28,151 nucleotides of DNA, taken from positions 1-28,151 of the forward strand of contig JBGTFI010000545.1 in assembly GCA_041747335.1 (NCBI GenBank), written 5' to 3'. The stretch is from Phycisphaeraceae bacterium (GTDB lineage Bacteria; Planctomycetota; Phycisphaerae; Phycisphaerales; Phycisphaeraceae). Under the pieces are notes generated by a model that saw only the letters and a list, made by a program, of their open reading frames with translations, was not told the origin of the DNA and did not search any database. Of this stretch, positions 8,942 through 17,893 are shown in pieces. The first letter of the stretch is position 1. Each line of letters starts with the position of its first letter. The translations under genes were made by a program, and so were the position numbers.

Positions 8942-8952
8942 GGCATTATAGG
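8942..8952 (-). promoter_or_regulatory. -10 element CCTATAATGCC upstream of the oxidoreductase
   Basis: Perfect TATAAT (8950-8945) 9 nt before the ATG; the same 11-mer occurs at 10059-10069. No clear -35. Confidence 0.5.
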
Positions 8953-9035
8953 TCGTTACGAACGCCCGGACGAACGCACACTCGCGCCGGAGAAAACCCC
9001 GCGTGCATGTCACCCCAGGCGAAGTCCTGATCGAC

Positions 9036-9072
9036 TGCCTTGGGTGCCATGCCCTCGCGAAGCGTGGGCATG
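9036..9072 (+). repeat. REP-like palindrome family B, copy 1
   Basis: TGCCTTGGGTGC-CATGCCC-TCGCGAAGCGT-GGGCATG: perfect 7-bp stem, near-identical to 26266-26305. Confidence 0.75.
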
Positions 9073-9240
9073 AAGCCCCCCCGAGCACCCATCAGCGACG
9101 GATCGAAGGCTCTCGCCTCAATTCGAGGGCCTCTTACTCATGTCGAAGGCTGCATGGCCACGAGGACGAGGCCATCACACCCGCGACCAGCGCCCGCCTG
9201 TGGTGTCATGCGCCCGAAAACCCCAACCTATCAACGTGCT

Positions 9241-9963
9241 TCACGCGCTGAGCGATCGGCCGAACACGAGCGCATCGTACTCGCGCCGGCGACGGGGATC
9301 GCGCAGCACTTCGTAGGCCTGTTGGATGGCCACGAATCGATCGACCGCGTCAGGGCTCTTGTTGACATCGGGGTGATACTGAGCGGCGAGCTTGCGGAAC
9401 GCGGCGCGGATGTCGTCTTCGCCGGCATCCCCATCCAGGCCCATGGCGGCGTAGTGGTCCGGGAGATGGATACCGACGCGGATGCGCGGGGTGTGACCGG
9501 CGTGGCGGCCCTGGGTCGAAGTCTGCCCGCTCCCCGGAGCGCCGCCCGGAATCCCCCCCGGAATCCCCCCCGGACCGGCGGATCCGTGGGAAGCCCCTGA
9601 TCCCTTGTTCTCTGTGGGAAGGAAGCCCAGTCGGGCGAGCTTCTCGAGCACCCGGTCCATCCCCGGAGGCAGACAGACGAACTCCAGCCCCAGGTGGACT
9701 TCCTTGCGGCTGATGCGTGTCTTGCGGGCGACCCTGGCCTGAAGGGTGAGTTTCTTTCGTCCGGTCTTGAGCCAGATCGCCACCGACTGCCCCTCTTCCA
9801 CGGGGGGCTTGCCTTCGCACCGCACCCCCATGCCGCTGGCAGAGAGGTCCAGCACCTCGCCCAGCGGACACGACACCTGCGGGCTGGGATAGCGCGGACT
9901 TTTTCTGCCGTCCAGACCCTGGGTGAGAAAGGGGCTTTGCGTGATCTTCCGCCAGTTCCACAT
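9241..9963 (-). CDS. PilZ domain - J-domain (DnaJ-like) fusion protein
   Basis: N-terminal RKSPR and DLSASGMG match the PilZ RxxxR and D/NxSxxG motifs, ending in GLEF. C-terminal DHYAAMGL...IRAAFRKLAAQYHPDVN...AYEVLRDPRRRREYD is a J-domain with HPD. Confidence 0.88.
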   Translation of the reverse strand: MWNWRKITQSPFLTQGLDGRKSPRYPSPQVSCPLGEVLDLSASGMGVRCEGKPPVEEGQSVAIWLKTGRKKLTLQARVARKTRISRKEVHLGLEFVCLPPGMDRVLEKLARLGFLPTENKGSGASHGSAGPGGIPGGIPGGAPGSGQTSTQGRHAGHTPRIRVGIHLPDHYAAMGLDGDAGEDDIRAAFRKLAAQYHPDVNKSPDAVDRFVAIQQAYEVLRDPRRRREYDALVFGRSLSA

Positions 9964-10058
9964 TTCCTGACCATCATCGGCTCAATCCAGAGGGCGATTC
10001 AGCCGACGCCGGGCGGTTGCGGCCCGAAGGATCATGCGGCCAGCCTTCGTGGTCCGCC

Positions 10059-10069
10059 CCTATAATGCC
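10059..10069 (+). promoter_or_regulatory. -10 element CCTATAATGCC upstream of nfeD
   Basis: TATAAT (10061-10066) 7 nt before ATG 10074, with no SD; this is leaderless geometry. Confidence 0.5.
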
Positions 10070-10073
10070 GGCG

Positions 10074-11792
10074 ATGCACGTGATGAACTCACCGTTTTAC
10101 CGGATGCTGCTCAGCACGCTGGCGGCCGTCCTCATCGCCCCGGCATTCGCGCAGCCCACCGGGGAGTCGCCTCAGCCCGAACCATCCACCTCGGCTGAGT
10201 CCGCGGAGGACGCCCCGTCCCCGGACTTGCCGGAGGTCGCTCCCCCCACCGCCGCGGCCGCGATCCCCGGTATCCGAAGCGGGGCCGTCGTCGCGGTCAT
10301 CCCGATCGAGAAGATGATCTACGACTTCACGCTCGAGAGCCTCGAGCGCCGCGTCGAGCGGGCCCGCGCCCTTGGCGCGACGGTGATCGTCATCGAGCTG
10401 GACACCCCCGGCGGGGTGGCCGCCAGCGCCCAGAAGATCAGCAAGTATCTCAAAGCCCTGGACCTGCCCACCATCGCCTGGGTCAACAACGAAGCCTACT
10501 CCGGCGGGATCATGATCGCCGCGGCGTGCGACGCGATCGTCATGTCCGCCTCGTCCGCCACGGGGGATTGCGCCCCGATCGTTCCGGGAATGGACCTCTC
10601 CCCCACCGAGCGGGCCAAGGCGCTGTCGCCGATCCTCACCGAGTTCCGCGACAGCGCGCAGCAGAACGGGTACGACTTCTCGCTCTTCCACGCCATGTGC
10701 GTGTTGGAGATCGAGGTTTTCCAGGTCGAGCACAAGACGACCGGGCAGCGCAGGAGCGTCAACCAGGCGGACTACGCGGTGATGGTCGAAGGGGCGGACC
10801 CTCAGAACGTCGCCGCGCCGGGGGACTGGGTCAACCGCGTGATGGGGTCGTTCACCGGGTCGCCGCAGAACCAGGTCGGCGCGCCGACGGTGCAGGTCGC
10901 CACGGAGACCGACCGCGGGCAGTGGCGGCTGGTGCGCCGGGTTCACGACGGGCAGACCCTTCTCACCCTCACGCAGAGTGAGGCGATCGACGTGGGGCTG
11001 GCGGTCGCCATCGTCTCGAGTGAGGCCGAGTTGATGCAGCTTCTTGGCGCGGCGTCGATCACGGCGGTGCGCATGACGTGGTCGGAGCAGCTTGCTCGCT
11101 TTCTCACGCATCCTCTGACCCGTGTGGTGCTGGTCATGGCGCTGCTGGTGGGAGGCTACTTCGAGCTGCAGGCGCCGGGGCTGGGCATCGGCGGAGCGAT
11201 CGCGCTGCTCGCCCTGGCGGGGCTGCTGGGCGGGCCGCTGCTCGCGGGGCTGGCGCAGGTCTGGCACATCGTGGTGTTTCTGATCGGTGTCGTGCTGCTG
11301 CTCATCGAGTTGTTCGTACTCCCGGGCTTCGGGGTGTTCGGGGTCGCGGGGCTGGTTCTGATGTTCCTGGGGCTGGCGCTGTCGGTGGTGCCCAGCGGGC
11401 TTCCGGCCGCGCAGCGCTGGGGCGCGCTTCAACAGTCGGTTCTCTGGTTGCTGCTGGGGGTCTTCTTCAGCGGGATCGGGTTCGTGTTTCTGACGCGCTA
11501 CTTCGGGAGCGTCCCGATCTTCACCCGCCTGATGCTCGCCAATCCCGACCCCGCCGACCTTCTCCCGCCCGGAGCGGCCGCACCGCACGTCAGCGGCGAT
11601 GAAGCGGTGGGCGCCGGGCGGATTGCTCAGGGTCAGGTCGGACGGATCGTCTCGCCGCTGCGCCCGATCGGGAGGGCGGAGATTGAAGGCCAGCTCGTCG
11701 ATGTCATCAGCGAAGGCGACTGGCTGGAGGTCGGGCAGAAGGTGCGCGTGGTGAGCGTCCAGGGCAACCGCATCGCCGTGGAACGCGCGTGA
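10074..11792 (+). CDS. nfeD: NfeD-family membrane-bound ClpP-class serine protease
   Basis: Signal peptide, IELDTPGG, AYSGGIMIAAACDAIVM (catalytic Ser region), a TM bundle and a C-terminal OB-fold (LRPIGRAEIEGQLVDVISEGDWLEVGQKVRV). The start could be 10065, 10074 or 10083. Confidence 0.88.
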   Translation: MHVMNSPFYRMLLSTLAAVLIAPAFAQPTGESPQPEPSTSAESAEDAPSPDLPEVAPPTAAAAIPGIRSGAVVAVIPIEKMIYDFTLESLERRVERARALGATVIVIELDTPGGVAASAQKISKYLKALDLPTIAWVNNEAYSGGIMIAAACDAIVMSASSATGDCAPIVPGMDLSPTERAKALSPILTEFRDSAQQNGYDFSLFHAMCVLEIEVFQVEHKTTGQRRSVNQADYAVMVEGADPQNVAAPGDWVNRVMGSFTGSPQNQVGAPTVQVATETDRGQWRLVRRVHDGQTLLTLTQSEAIDVGLAVAIVSSEAELMQLLGAASITAVRMTWSEQLARFLTHPLTRVVLVMALLVGGYFELQAPGLGIGGAIALLALAGLLGGPLLAGLAQVWHIVVFLIGVVLLLIELFVLPGFGVFGVAGLVLMFLGLALSVVPSGLPAAQRWGALQQSVLWLLLGVFFSGIGFVFLTRYFGSVPIFTRLMLANPDPADLLPPGAAAPHVSGDEAVGAGRIAQGQVGRIVSPLRPIGRAEIEGQLVDVISEGDWLEVGQKVRVVSVQGNRIAVERA

Positions 11793-11870
11793 GCGAAGCG
11801 CGCGGGCCGATCATGATGTTATGCTCCGGGTGTCGCACTTGCGCTTTCATCTCCTCTTCGAGGCGCCGCC

Positions 11871-13601
11871 GTGAGCATTGGAATCCTGGACCTGATCGTG
11901 TTCGTCGGCTTTCTCGCCGCCGTCGTGGGCGTTTCGCTGTACGCCGGAAGGCGCGAGCGCACCAGCGAGGATTACTTCCTCGCCGGGCGAAGCCTGACCT
12001 GGCCGCTGATTGGTTTCTCGCTGATCGCCTCGAACATCTCGACGGAGCACTTTGTGGGCATGGCGGGGTCGGCCTTCGGGCGCGTGGGGATGGCGATCGC
12101 CAGCTACGAGTGGATGGCGGCGGTGACGCTCATCATCGTCGGGTGGTGGTTCCTCCCGCGGTTTCTCTCCGCGGGCATCTACACGATGCCCGAGTACCTC
12201 GAATACCGCTACGACTCGGCCACCCGTTCGATCATGGCCGTCTACCTCATGGTGCTGTACGTGGTGGCGCTGCTGGCCACCGTGCTCTACAGCGGCGCCA
12301 AGGGGCTGGACGGGGTGTTCGGTTTCTCGGAGATGCTCGCCACGCGGTTCGACCTCGAACCGCAGCAGGCCGTGTTCTGGGCAACCATTCTGGGCGCGTG
12401 GGCGATCGGACTGGTCGCGGCGGCCTACACCATCTACGGCGGTCTCAAGGCTGTCGTCTGGTCGGACCTTCTTCAAGGTGGGGCGCTGCTCATCGGCGGG
12501 GCGATCGTGACGTGGCTGTGCCTGCGGCTGATCGGCGGCGGGGAGGTCGTGCCCGGCGGCGGCGTCACCGGCGGAAGCGCCCTCGAAGGCGCGCGGAACT
12601 TCTGGGAGGTGAACACAGACAAGCTGCACACCGTGCTTCCGTGGAACGATCCGGATGTGCCGTGGCTGGCGGTCTTCGTCGGGGGGCTGTGGATTCCCAA
12701 CCTCTTCTACTGGGGGATGAACCAGTTCATCACCCAGCGCACGCTCGCCGCAAGGAGCCTTGCCGAGGGACAAAAGGGAATCCTTTTGGCCGCGGGGATC
12801 AAGCTCACGATCCCGTTCATCGTGGTGGTTCCGGGGATCATCGCCTATCAGGTCTACGCCGATCCGATCATCGCCCGCGCCGGGGGCGATCCCGGCAAGG
12901 CCAACGATATCGCGTACCCATACCTCATCTCGCAGGTTCTTCCGCCGCTGCTGCGCGGGGTGATGCTCGCGGCGCTGGCCGGGGCGGTGATGAGCACGTT
13001 CAACTCGGCGATCAACTCCGCCTCGACCATTTTCACCATCGACCTCTACAAGAAGTACATCCGGCCGGACGCCGATGCCCGGCGGGAAGTAACCGTCGGC
13101 CGGTGGGCGACGGCGGGGATCACGCTCCTGGCGTGCCTGATGGCGCCGTTGCCGGGGCGGTTTGCGGGGGTGTTCGCGTACATCCAGGAGATCTGGGGGT
13201 TCATTTCGCCGGGGATCGTCGCGTGTTTTTTGGGGGGGATGATCCTCAGGCGCGCCCCGGCCGCGGCCGGTCGAACCGTGCTGATCCTCGGACCGATTCT
13301 CTATGCGCTTTTCCGCCTGCCCGGGTGGGTGCTGGAGGCGAAAGAAAAAGCGGGCGACCTCCCTCCAACCGGGGTCGCCCGCGCTCTGTATGACTTTTCG
13401 ACGATCGCGTTCCTGCACCACATGGCGATCGTGTTCGTGATTCTGTTTTCGGTCATGGCATGGATGGCGTGGCGCGACCCGCTGGCCGCGCCACGCACCA
13501 TGCCTCGTTCCAACCTGAACCTCGAGCCCTGGCGCTACCGATACCCCGTGGGCGGGTCGCTGATCGGCATCGCCGCGGCGCTGTACCTCATCTTCTGGTG
13601 A
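11871..13601 (+). CDS. Sodium:solute symporter (SSS, probable sugar-type) transporter
   Basis: DYFLAGRSL, IASNISTEHFVGMAG, YTMPEYLEYRY, YTIYGGLKAVVWSD, YWGMNQFITQRTLAA; many TM helices. Confidence 0.95.
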   Translation: MSIGILDLIVFVGFLAAVVGVSLYAGRRERTSEDYFLAGRSLTWPLIGFSLIASNISTEHFVGMAGSAFGRVGMAIASYEWMAAVTLIIVGWWFLPRFLSAGIYTMPEYLEYRYDSATRSIMAVYLMVLYVVALLATVLYSGAKGLDGVFGFSEMLATRFDLEPQQAVFWATILGAWAIGLVAAAYTIYGGLKAVVWSDLLQGGALLIGGAIVTWLCLRLIGGGEVVPGGGVTGGSALEGARNFWEVNTDKLHTVLPWNDPDVPWLAVFVGGLWIPNLFYWGMNQFITQRTLAARSLAEGQKGILLAAGIKLTIPFIVVVPGIIAYQVYADPIIARAGGDPGKANDIAYPYLISQVLPPLLRGVMLAALAGAVMSTFNSAINSASTIFTIDLYKKYIRPDADARREVTVGRWATAGITLLACLMAPLPGRFAGVFAYIQEIWGFISPGIVACFLGGMILRRAPAAAGRTVLILGPILYALFRLPGWVLEAKEKAGDLPPTGVARALYDFSTIAFLHHMAIVFVILFSVMAWMAWRDPLAAPRTMPRSNLNLEPWRYRYPVGGSLIGIAAALYLIFW

Positions 13602-15423
13602 CGCGGCGCTTCCCGCGGCCGAGCGCCCCCAGCCCGGCGATCAGCAGCAGCGACGCCACACCCGGCTCAGGCACCGATCCGCCTCCGCCGGCGAGCGCCA
13701 TCTCGAACCCCGAGACGTCGAAGGCGTCAAGCACCATGTCGTTGTTGAAGTCCCCGAAGAGGTCGGGGTTGATGTCCGGGTTGGCGGCGAAGAATGCGTC
13801 CTTATCCGCCAGCGCCGCCTCGAAGGACGCCACGTCGAAGGCGTCGAGCGCGCCGTCGCCGTTGAAGTCGCCCAGACCCGAGACCAGCAGCCCGACCGAT
13901 CCGCCATCGTACTTCACGATCCAGAACAGCCCCGCATCCAGCGCCGCTTCGGAGAGGTCCGTGGTGGCGAATTTCCCGTCGTTGGTGTCGGATTTGAGGC
14001 TGCCCGCGTCAATCAGTGCGTAGGAGTCGCCCATCGAGGGGGTGTACCCGTCGAGCTTGACGACCAGGTCCGCCAGTTCGATGTCCGCCACGCCGGTGAC
14101 GTTCACCGTTGAGTGGGTGGACGCGGTGATCTCCGCGACGAACGTTCCCTGCGCGCCGGCCTCGTCGGTGGGATTGAAGGAGAGATCGGTGCCGATCTGG
14201 ATCGAAGCGCCCGGCCCGCGGACGGTGAGAATCCCGTGCGCCGTGGTCGTGTCCACACCGCCGTCGCCCAGGCGCAGGTCCTGGACGATGGAGAAGGTGG
14301 CGGCGTCCTGGATGCGCAGTTCCGCCTTGCCGCCGGTGCTTCCACCGCGGCGGATGTTCCCGCCCAGCGACAGACCGTCCACCGAGTCGACGGTCATGAC
14401 GGCATTGTCCTGGAGGATGATGATCGCATCGGCGGTCGCCGTGGAACCATAAGCGCTCGGGTTGTTGTTGCCGTTCATCTGCTGGAGGCCGACGCCGAAC
14501 TCGGTCCCGGAACCGGCGAAGACGTCGAAAATGTGGAACTGCCCGTTGTCCCTGACGGTCAGCGTGCTCTTACCGTCGCGGGCCTGGAGGGTGCGGATGT
14601 TGACCGTCGCATTCTCCTCGATGGTGACGATGCTCTCGCCGCTGTTGACGAAGTTGAGGGTGAGATATCCCTCGTTGGTCATGCCCTCGGCGCTTCCGGC
14701 GCCCATGCTGTTGCCCGAATCGACCACCGCGTTTCCGCTGACGATGAGCGTCGCGGAGCTTCCCCTGCCCACGCCGATGCCGCTTCCGATGCTCACCACC
14801 GAATCGCCGGTGATCAGAGCGTGCCCGTTGCCCGCGATCTGCTCGGCGACTTTCAGATCGTCGGCGATGCGCAGCACGCCGCCGTACATCTCGAACCGCC
14901 CCGGCCCGAACTCGCCGATTTCGAGGTCCTTGCCGTGCAGCCCGTCGTTGTTGGCGTCACCGGGGAAGAGGTCCGGCCCGTCGAAGAAGATCGTCCCGCC
15001 GTTCATGATGAACGTGGATTCCTCGACGCCGTTGCCGCCGATGTGCGAATCGAAGTCGTCATCGAAGTCGATGTTCCCGATACGCAGGAATCCGCCGTTC
15101 ATCACCAGATGCCCGACCTCATCCTCAAACTCGCCAAGCTGAAGCGACCCGAAGAAGACGTTGCCGGCGTCCTCGGCGATGGTCGCGGTCCCTCCCCCGC
15201 CGATCACCACCAGCGGGTAGGTGATTCCGGGGGCGTCGGGATTCATGTCCTGGTTCTCCCAGTTGGCGGCGTCGAGGAAGCTGCCGCTTCCGCTGCCGTA
15301 GCCTTCGCCATCGTCGCGGCTCCAGATCAGGTAGTCATCCGGGCCGGCGAAGGCCGGAACCGCCGCACCAAACGCCACCGCGAACGCCAGCACACGCTTT
15401 CTCATCACGGAACTCTTGCGCAC
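13588..15423 (-). CDS. Secreted acidic beta-repeat protein with dockerin-like domain and PEP-CTERM sorting signal
   Basis: SD GAAAGGAG precedes GTG 15423 (ATG 15405 is an alternative). Signal peptide, about 10 short beta repeats (e.g. LVMNGGFLRI, FEMYGGVLRI), twin GDFNGDG..DAFD / GDFNND..DAFD loops, and VPEPG-hydrophobic-RGKRR at the C-terminus. Confidence 0.88.
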   Translation of the reverse strand: MRKSSVMRKRVLAFAVAFGAAVPAFAGPDDYLIWSRDDGEGYGSGSGSFLDAANWENQDMNPDAPGITYPLVVIGGGGTATIAEDAGNVFFGSLQLGEFEDEVGHLVMNGGFLRIGNIDFDDDFDSHIGGNGVEESTFIMNGGTIFFDGPDLFPGDANNDGLHGKDLEIGEFGPGRFEMYGGVLRIADDLKVAEQIAGNGHALITGDSVVSIGSGIGVGRGSSATLIVSGNAVVDSGNSMGAGSAEGMTNEGYLTLNFVNSGESIVTIEENATVNIRTLQARDGKSTLTVRDNGQFHIFDVFAGSGTEFGVGLQQMNGNNNPSAYGSTATADAIIILQDNAVMTVDSVDGLSLGGNIRRGGSTGGKAELRIQDAATFSIVQDLRLGDGGVDTTTAHGILTVRGPGASIQIGTDLSFNPTDEAGAQGTFVAEITASTHSTVNVTGVADIELADLVVKLDGYTPSMGDSYALIDAGSLKSDTNDGKFATTDLSEAALDAGLFWIVKYDGGSVGLLVSGLGDFNGDGALDAFDVASFEAALADKDAFFAANPDINPDLFGDFNNDMVLDAFDVSGFEMALAGGGGSVPEPGVASLLLIAGLGALGRGKRRVTRR

Positions 15424-15741
15424 TGCTACCACTCCTTTCCAAAGATAAGGTTGAAACACGGGACAGGGCCAAACTGGCCGAAAACGCCGGGCGCACCTCA
15501 CAGCCAAAGCGCCCAAGCGCCAGGCACCACTCCATACTGATTCATCCGGACAGAACGTCGTTCCGGGGAGCTGAAAGGAATCTCCACACCGTCCGCCAGT
15601 TTACCCACTCAGGACCGTTCAAGCAAGACCAAACATGAACTTACGGTGAACGCGAACGTTCAGCACTTGCCATGACCGGTGCCGCCCCACCCCCCCACCG
15701 CTACAATCACCCCTTTTCCCCTCACCGCCCTGGGATGGACC

Positions 15742-16632
15742 ATGCAGGACGCGATCGAAAAAGCCCAAGCGCTCGTCGAGGCGCACAAGTACATCCGCCG
15801 GTTTGAAGGCCGGATCATCGTCGTCAAGATCGGCGGGTCGATCATGGACGAACCGGCCACGCTCTCGAGCCTGCTCATGGACGTGTGTTTCATGGACGCG
15901 GTGGGCATGAGGCCGATCCTGGTTCACGGCGGGGGCAAGTCGATCACCCAGGCGATGCAGCAGGCCGGTCTCGAAGCGCAGTTCGTCCAAGGCAGGCGCT
16001 ACACCGACGAGCGGACCCTGGCGATCGCCGAGCACGTGCTGGTGGAGGAGATCAACCGCCCGATCGTCCGGGAGATCAAGGAGGCCGAACACGAGGCGAT
16101 CGGTCTGCACAGCCTGGCGAGCTGCGCGGTCTTCGCGCGGCGGATGTATCTCACCGCGCCGGGCGAGAACGGCGGGAAGGAACGCAGGATCGATATCGGG
16201 TTCGTCGGCGAGGTGGACTGGGTCAACTCCGACATCCTCAAAGCGCTGGTGGCTTCCGACACGATTCCCGTGATCGCGCCGATCGCGCGGGACTCGGCGG
16301 GGGGCAAGCTCAACGTCAACGCTGACTCGGTGGCCGGGCACGTCGCGGCGGCGGTCAAGGCCGAGAAGCTGGTGCTGGTCTCGGACACGCACGGGATCCG
16401 CACCGGTCAGGAGGCCGACTCGCTGGCTTCGCATCTGACCCAGGCGCAGATCGAGGAGCTGATCGACGCGGGCGTCATCGCCGCGGGCATGTTGCCCAAG
16501 GTGGAGGCGTGTCTCACCGCGCTGGAGGGGGGCGTGAGCAAGGCGCACATCATCGACGGGCGCATTCCGCACTCGCTGCTGCTGGAGGTCTACACGGAAA
16601 AGGGCATCGGCACGGAGATCGTCCTGTCGTAA
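15742..16632 (+). CDS. argB: Acetylglutamate kinase
   Basis: VVKIGGS, ILVHGGGK, FVQGRRYTD, NVNADSVA, GMLPKVEAC, AHIIDGRIPHSLLLEVYTEKGIGT. Confidence 0.97.
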   Translation: MQDAIEKAQALVEAHKYIRRFEGRIIVVKIGGSIMDEPATLSSLLMDVCFMDAVGMRPILVHGGGKSITQAMQQAGLEAQFVQGRRYTDERTLAIAEHVLVEEINRPIVREIKEAEHEAIGLHSLASCAVFARRMYLTAPGENGGKERRIDIGFVGEVDWVNSDILKALVASDTIPVIAPIARDSAGGKLNVNADSVAGHVAAAVKAEKLVLVSDTHGIRTGQEADSLASHLTQAQIEELIDAGVIAAGMLPKVEACLTALEGGVSKAHIIDGRIPHSLLLEVYTEKGIGTEIVLS

Positions 16633-16666
16633 GATGCCCTGCGGAAACAGGAGCAGGCCACAGCGG

Positions 16667-17617
16667 ATGCCTCACTTCATCACCATCGACGACGCCCCGG
16701 ACGAGCTGCTCCAACAGGTCATGGACGCGGCCTTCGCGCTGCGCGAGCAGCGCATCGCCGGGCAGCCGCACGACACGATCCTGCGCGGCAGAACGCTGGC
16801 GATGCTCTTCGAGAAACCCAGCCTGCGCACGCGGGTGAGCTTCCACCAGGCGATGATCGAGCTGGGGGGGAGCGCCATCGTGCTCAGCCGGGATGAGGTC
16901 GGGCTGGGGCGGCGCGAGGGGTGCGGCGACGTGGCGCGGGTGCTCTCGGGCATGGTTCACGGGATCGCCGCCCGGGTGTTCGAGCACGCCAAGCTCGAGG
17001 AACTGGCCGCCCACAGCGACGTACCGGTCATCAACATGCTCAGCGACCGCTCGCACCCCTGTCAGGCGCTGGCGGACCTCCTGACCATGATGGACGTGTT
17101 CGGGAGGGACCTGACCGGGCGAACGCTCGCCTACATCGGAGATGGAAACAACGTGGCGCGCAGCCTGGCGACGCTGTGCCTACGCATGGGCGTACACTTT
17201 GTCCTCGCATCGCCGAAGGGTTACGAGCTTGAGGGGGGATTCGTCAACTCTCTCGCCACACGGTACACCCGCGCCACCTTCACGATGACCGGTGATCCGC
17301 GCGAGGCGGCCGCGCGGGCGGACGTCATCTACACCGACACGTGGGTCTCGATGGGCCAGGAGGAGGAGAAGGCCAGGCGGCTCAGGGACTTCGAAGGTTT
17401 CGCGATCAACGACGAACTGCTCATGGCGGCGCCCTCCCATGCGGTGGTCATGCACTGCCTCCCGGCCTACCGGAACGTCGAGATCACCGACTCGGTGATG
17501 GACGGGCCTCGAAGCGTCGTCTTCCCCCAGGCCCACAATCGCCTGCACGCCCAGAAGGGGCTGCTGGCGGTGCTTCTCGGAGGGATGGACGCGTATGATG
17601 CGCGGATGGGCTTGTGA
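16667..17617 (+). CDS. argF: Ornithine carbamoyltransferase
   Basis: FEKPSLRTRVSF, PVINMLSD.SHPCQALAD, IGDGNNVA, YTDTWVSMG, MHCLPAYR, QAHNRLHAQK. Confidence 0.95.
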   Translation: MPHFITIDDAPDELLQQVMDAAFALREQRIAGQPHDTILRGRTLAMLFEKPSLRTRVSFHQAMIELGGSAIVLSRDEVGLGRREGCGDVARVLSGMVHGIAARVFEHAKLEELAAHSDVPVINMLSDRSHPCQALADLLTMMDVFGRDLTGRTLAYIGDGNNVARSLATLCLRMGVHFVLASPKGYELEGGFVNSLATRYTRATFTMTGDPREAAARADVIYTDTWVSMGQEEEKARRLRDFEGFAINDELLMAAPSHAVVMHCLPAYRNVEITDSVMDGPRSVVFPQAHNRLHAQKGLLAVLLGGMDAYDARMGL

Positions 17618-17619
17618 GC

Positions 17620-17677
17620 GGGGGTCTGGGGCCGGGGGGTCGGGGTGAATGACGAATGACGAAATCCGAATGACGAA
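17620..17677 (+). repeat. G-run cluster followed by GAATGAC heptamer tandem repeat
   Basis: G5-N3-G4-N2-G6-N2-G4 (17620-17645), then GAATGAC GAATGAC GAAATCC GAATGAC GAA (17647-17677). Confidence 0.8.
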
Positions 17678-17893
17678 GGGGGCAGAGGGAACCGCTTGTC
17701 CCGACTCACGTTTCTCCTCTCACGTCACCCGTCGCCCGACTCCCATCTCCTGGTTCCTCTTCCGGTTCGTCATTTTCCTGACATTCGTCACAACCTTGGC
17801 GACCGGACGGGGAATCGGCTTGGGCGCCGGTGTGCGCTTGACCCGGGTGCCGGCAGGTCCGATTACTGGCGGGTATCCGGGGCAACCCTTCCC

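Noticed and set aside
13226-13238. T6G7 homopolymer in the SSS gene as a phase-variation tract
   Set aside because: Short runs, an intact frame, and a sequence explained by the C-F-L-G-G codons.
15430-15700. Sigma54 promoter upstream of the PEP-CTERM gene
   Set aside because: The TGGC candidates lack a correctly spaced TTGC (-12) element.
5003-16572. Other long alternative-frame or antisense ORFs (5003-6100, 6015-7358, 10089-11588, 11789-13393, 11847-13421, 14113-15540, 15619-16572)
   Set aside because: Arg/Gly/Pro-rich or motif-free products overlapping confidently identified genes; expected at this GC content.
16667-17617. SLRT instead of STRT in ArgF, suggesting an N-acetyl- or N-succinyl-ornithine transcarbamylase
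   Set aside because: The DTWVSMG ornithine-binding loop and HPCQ/HCLP motifs are present, as in ordinary OTCases.
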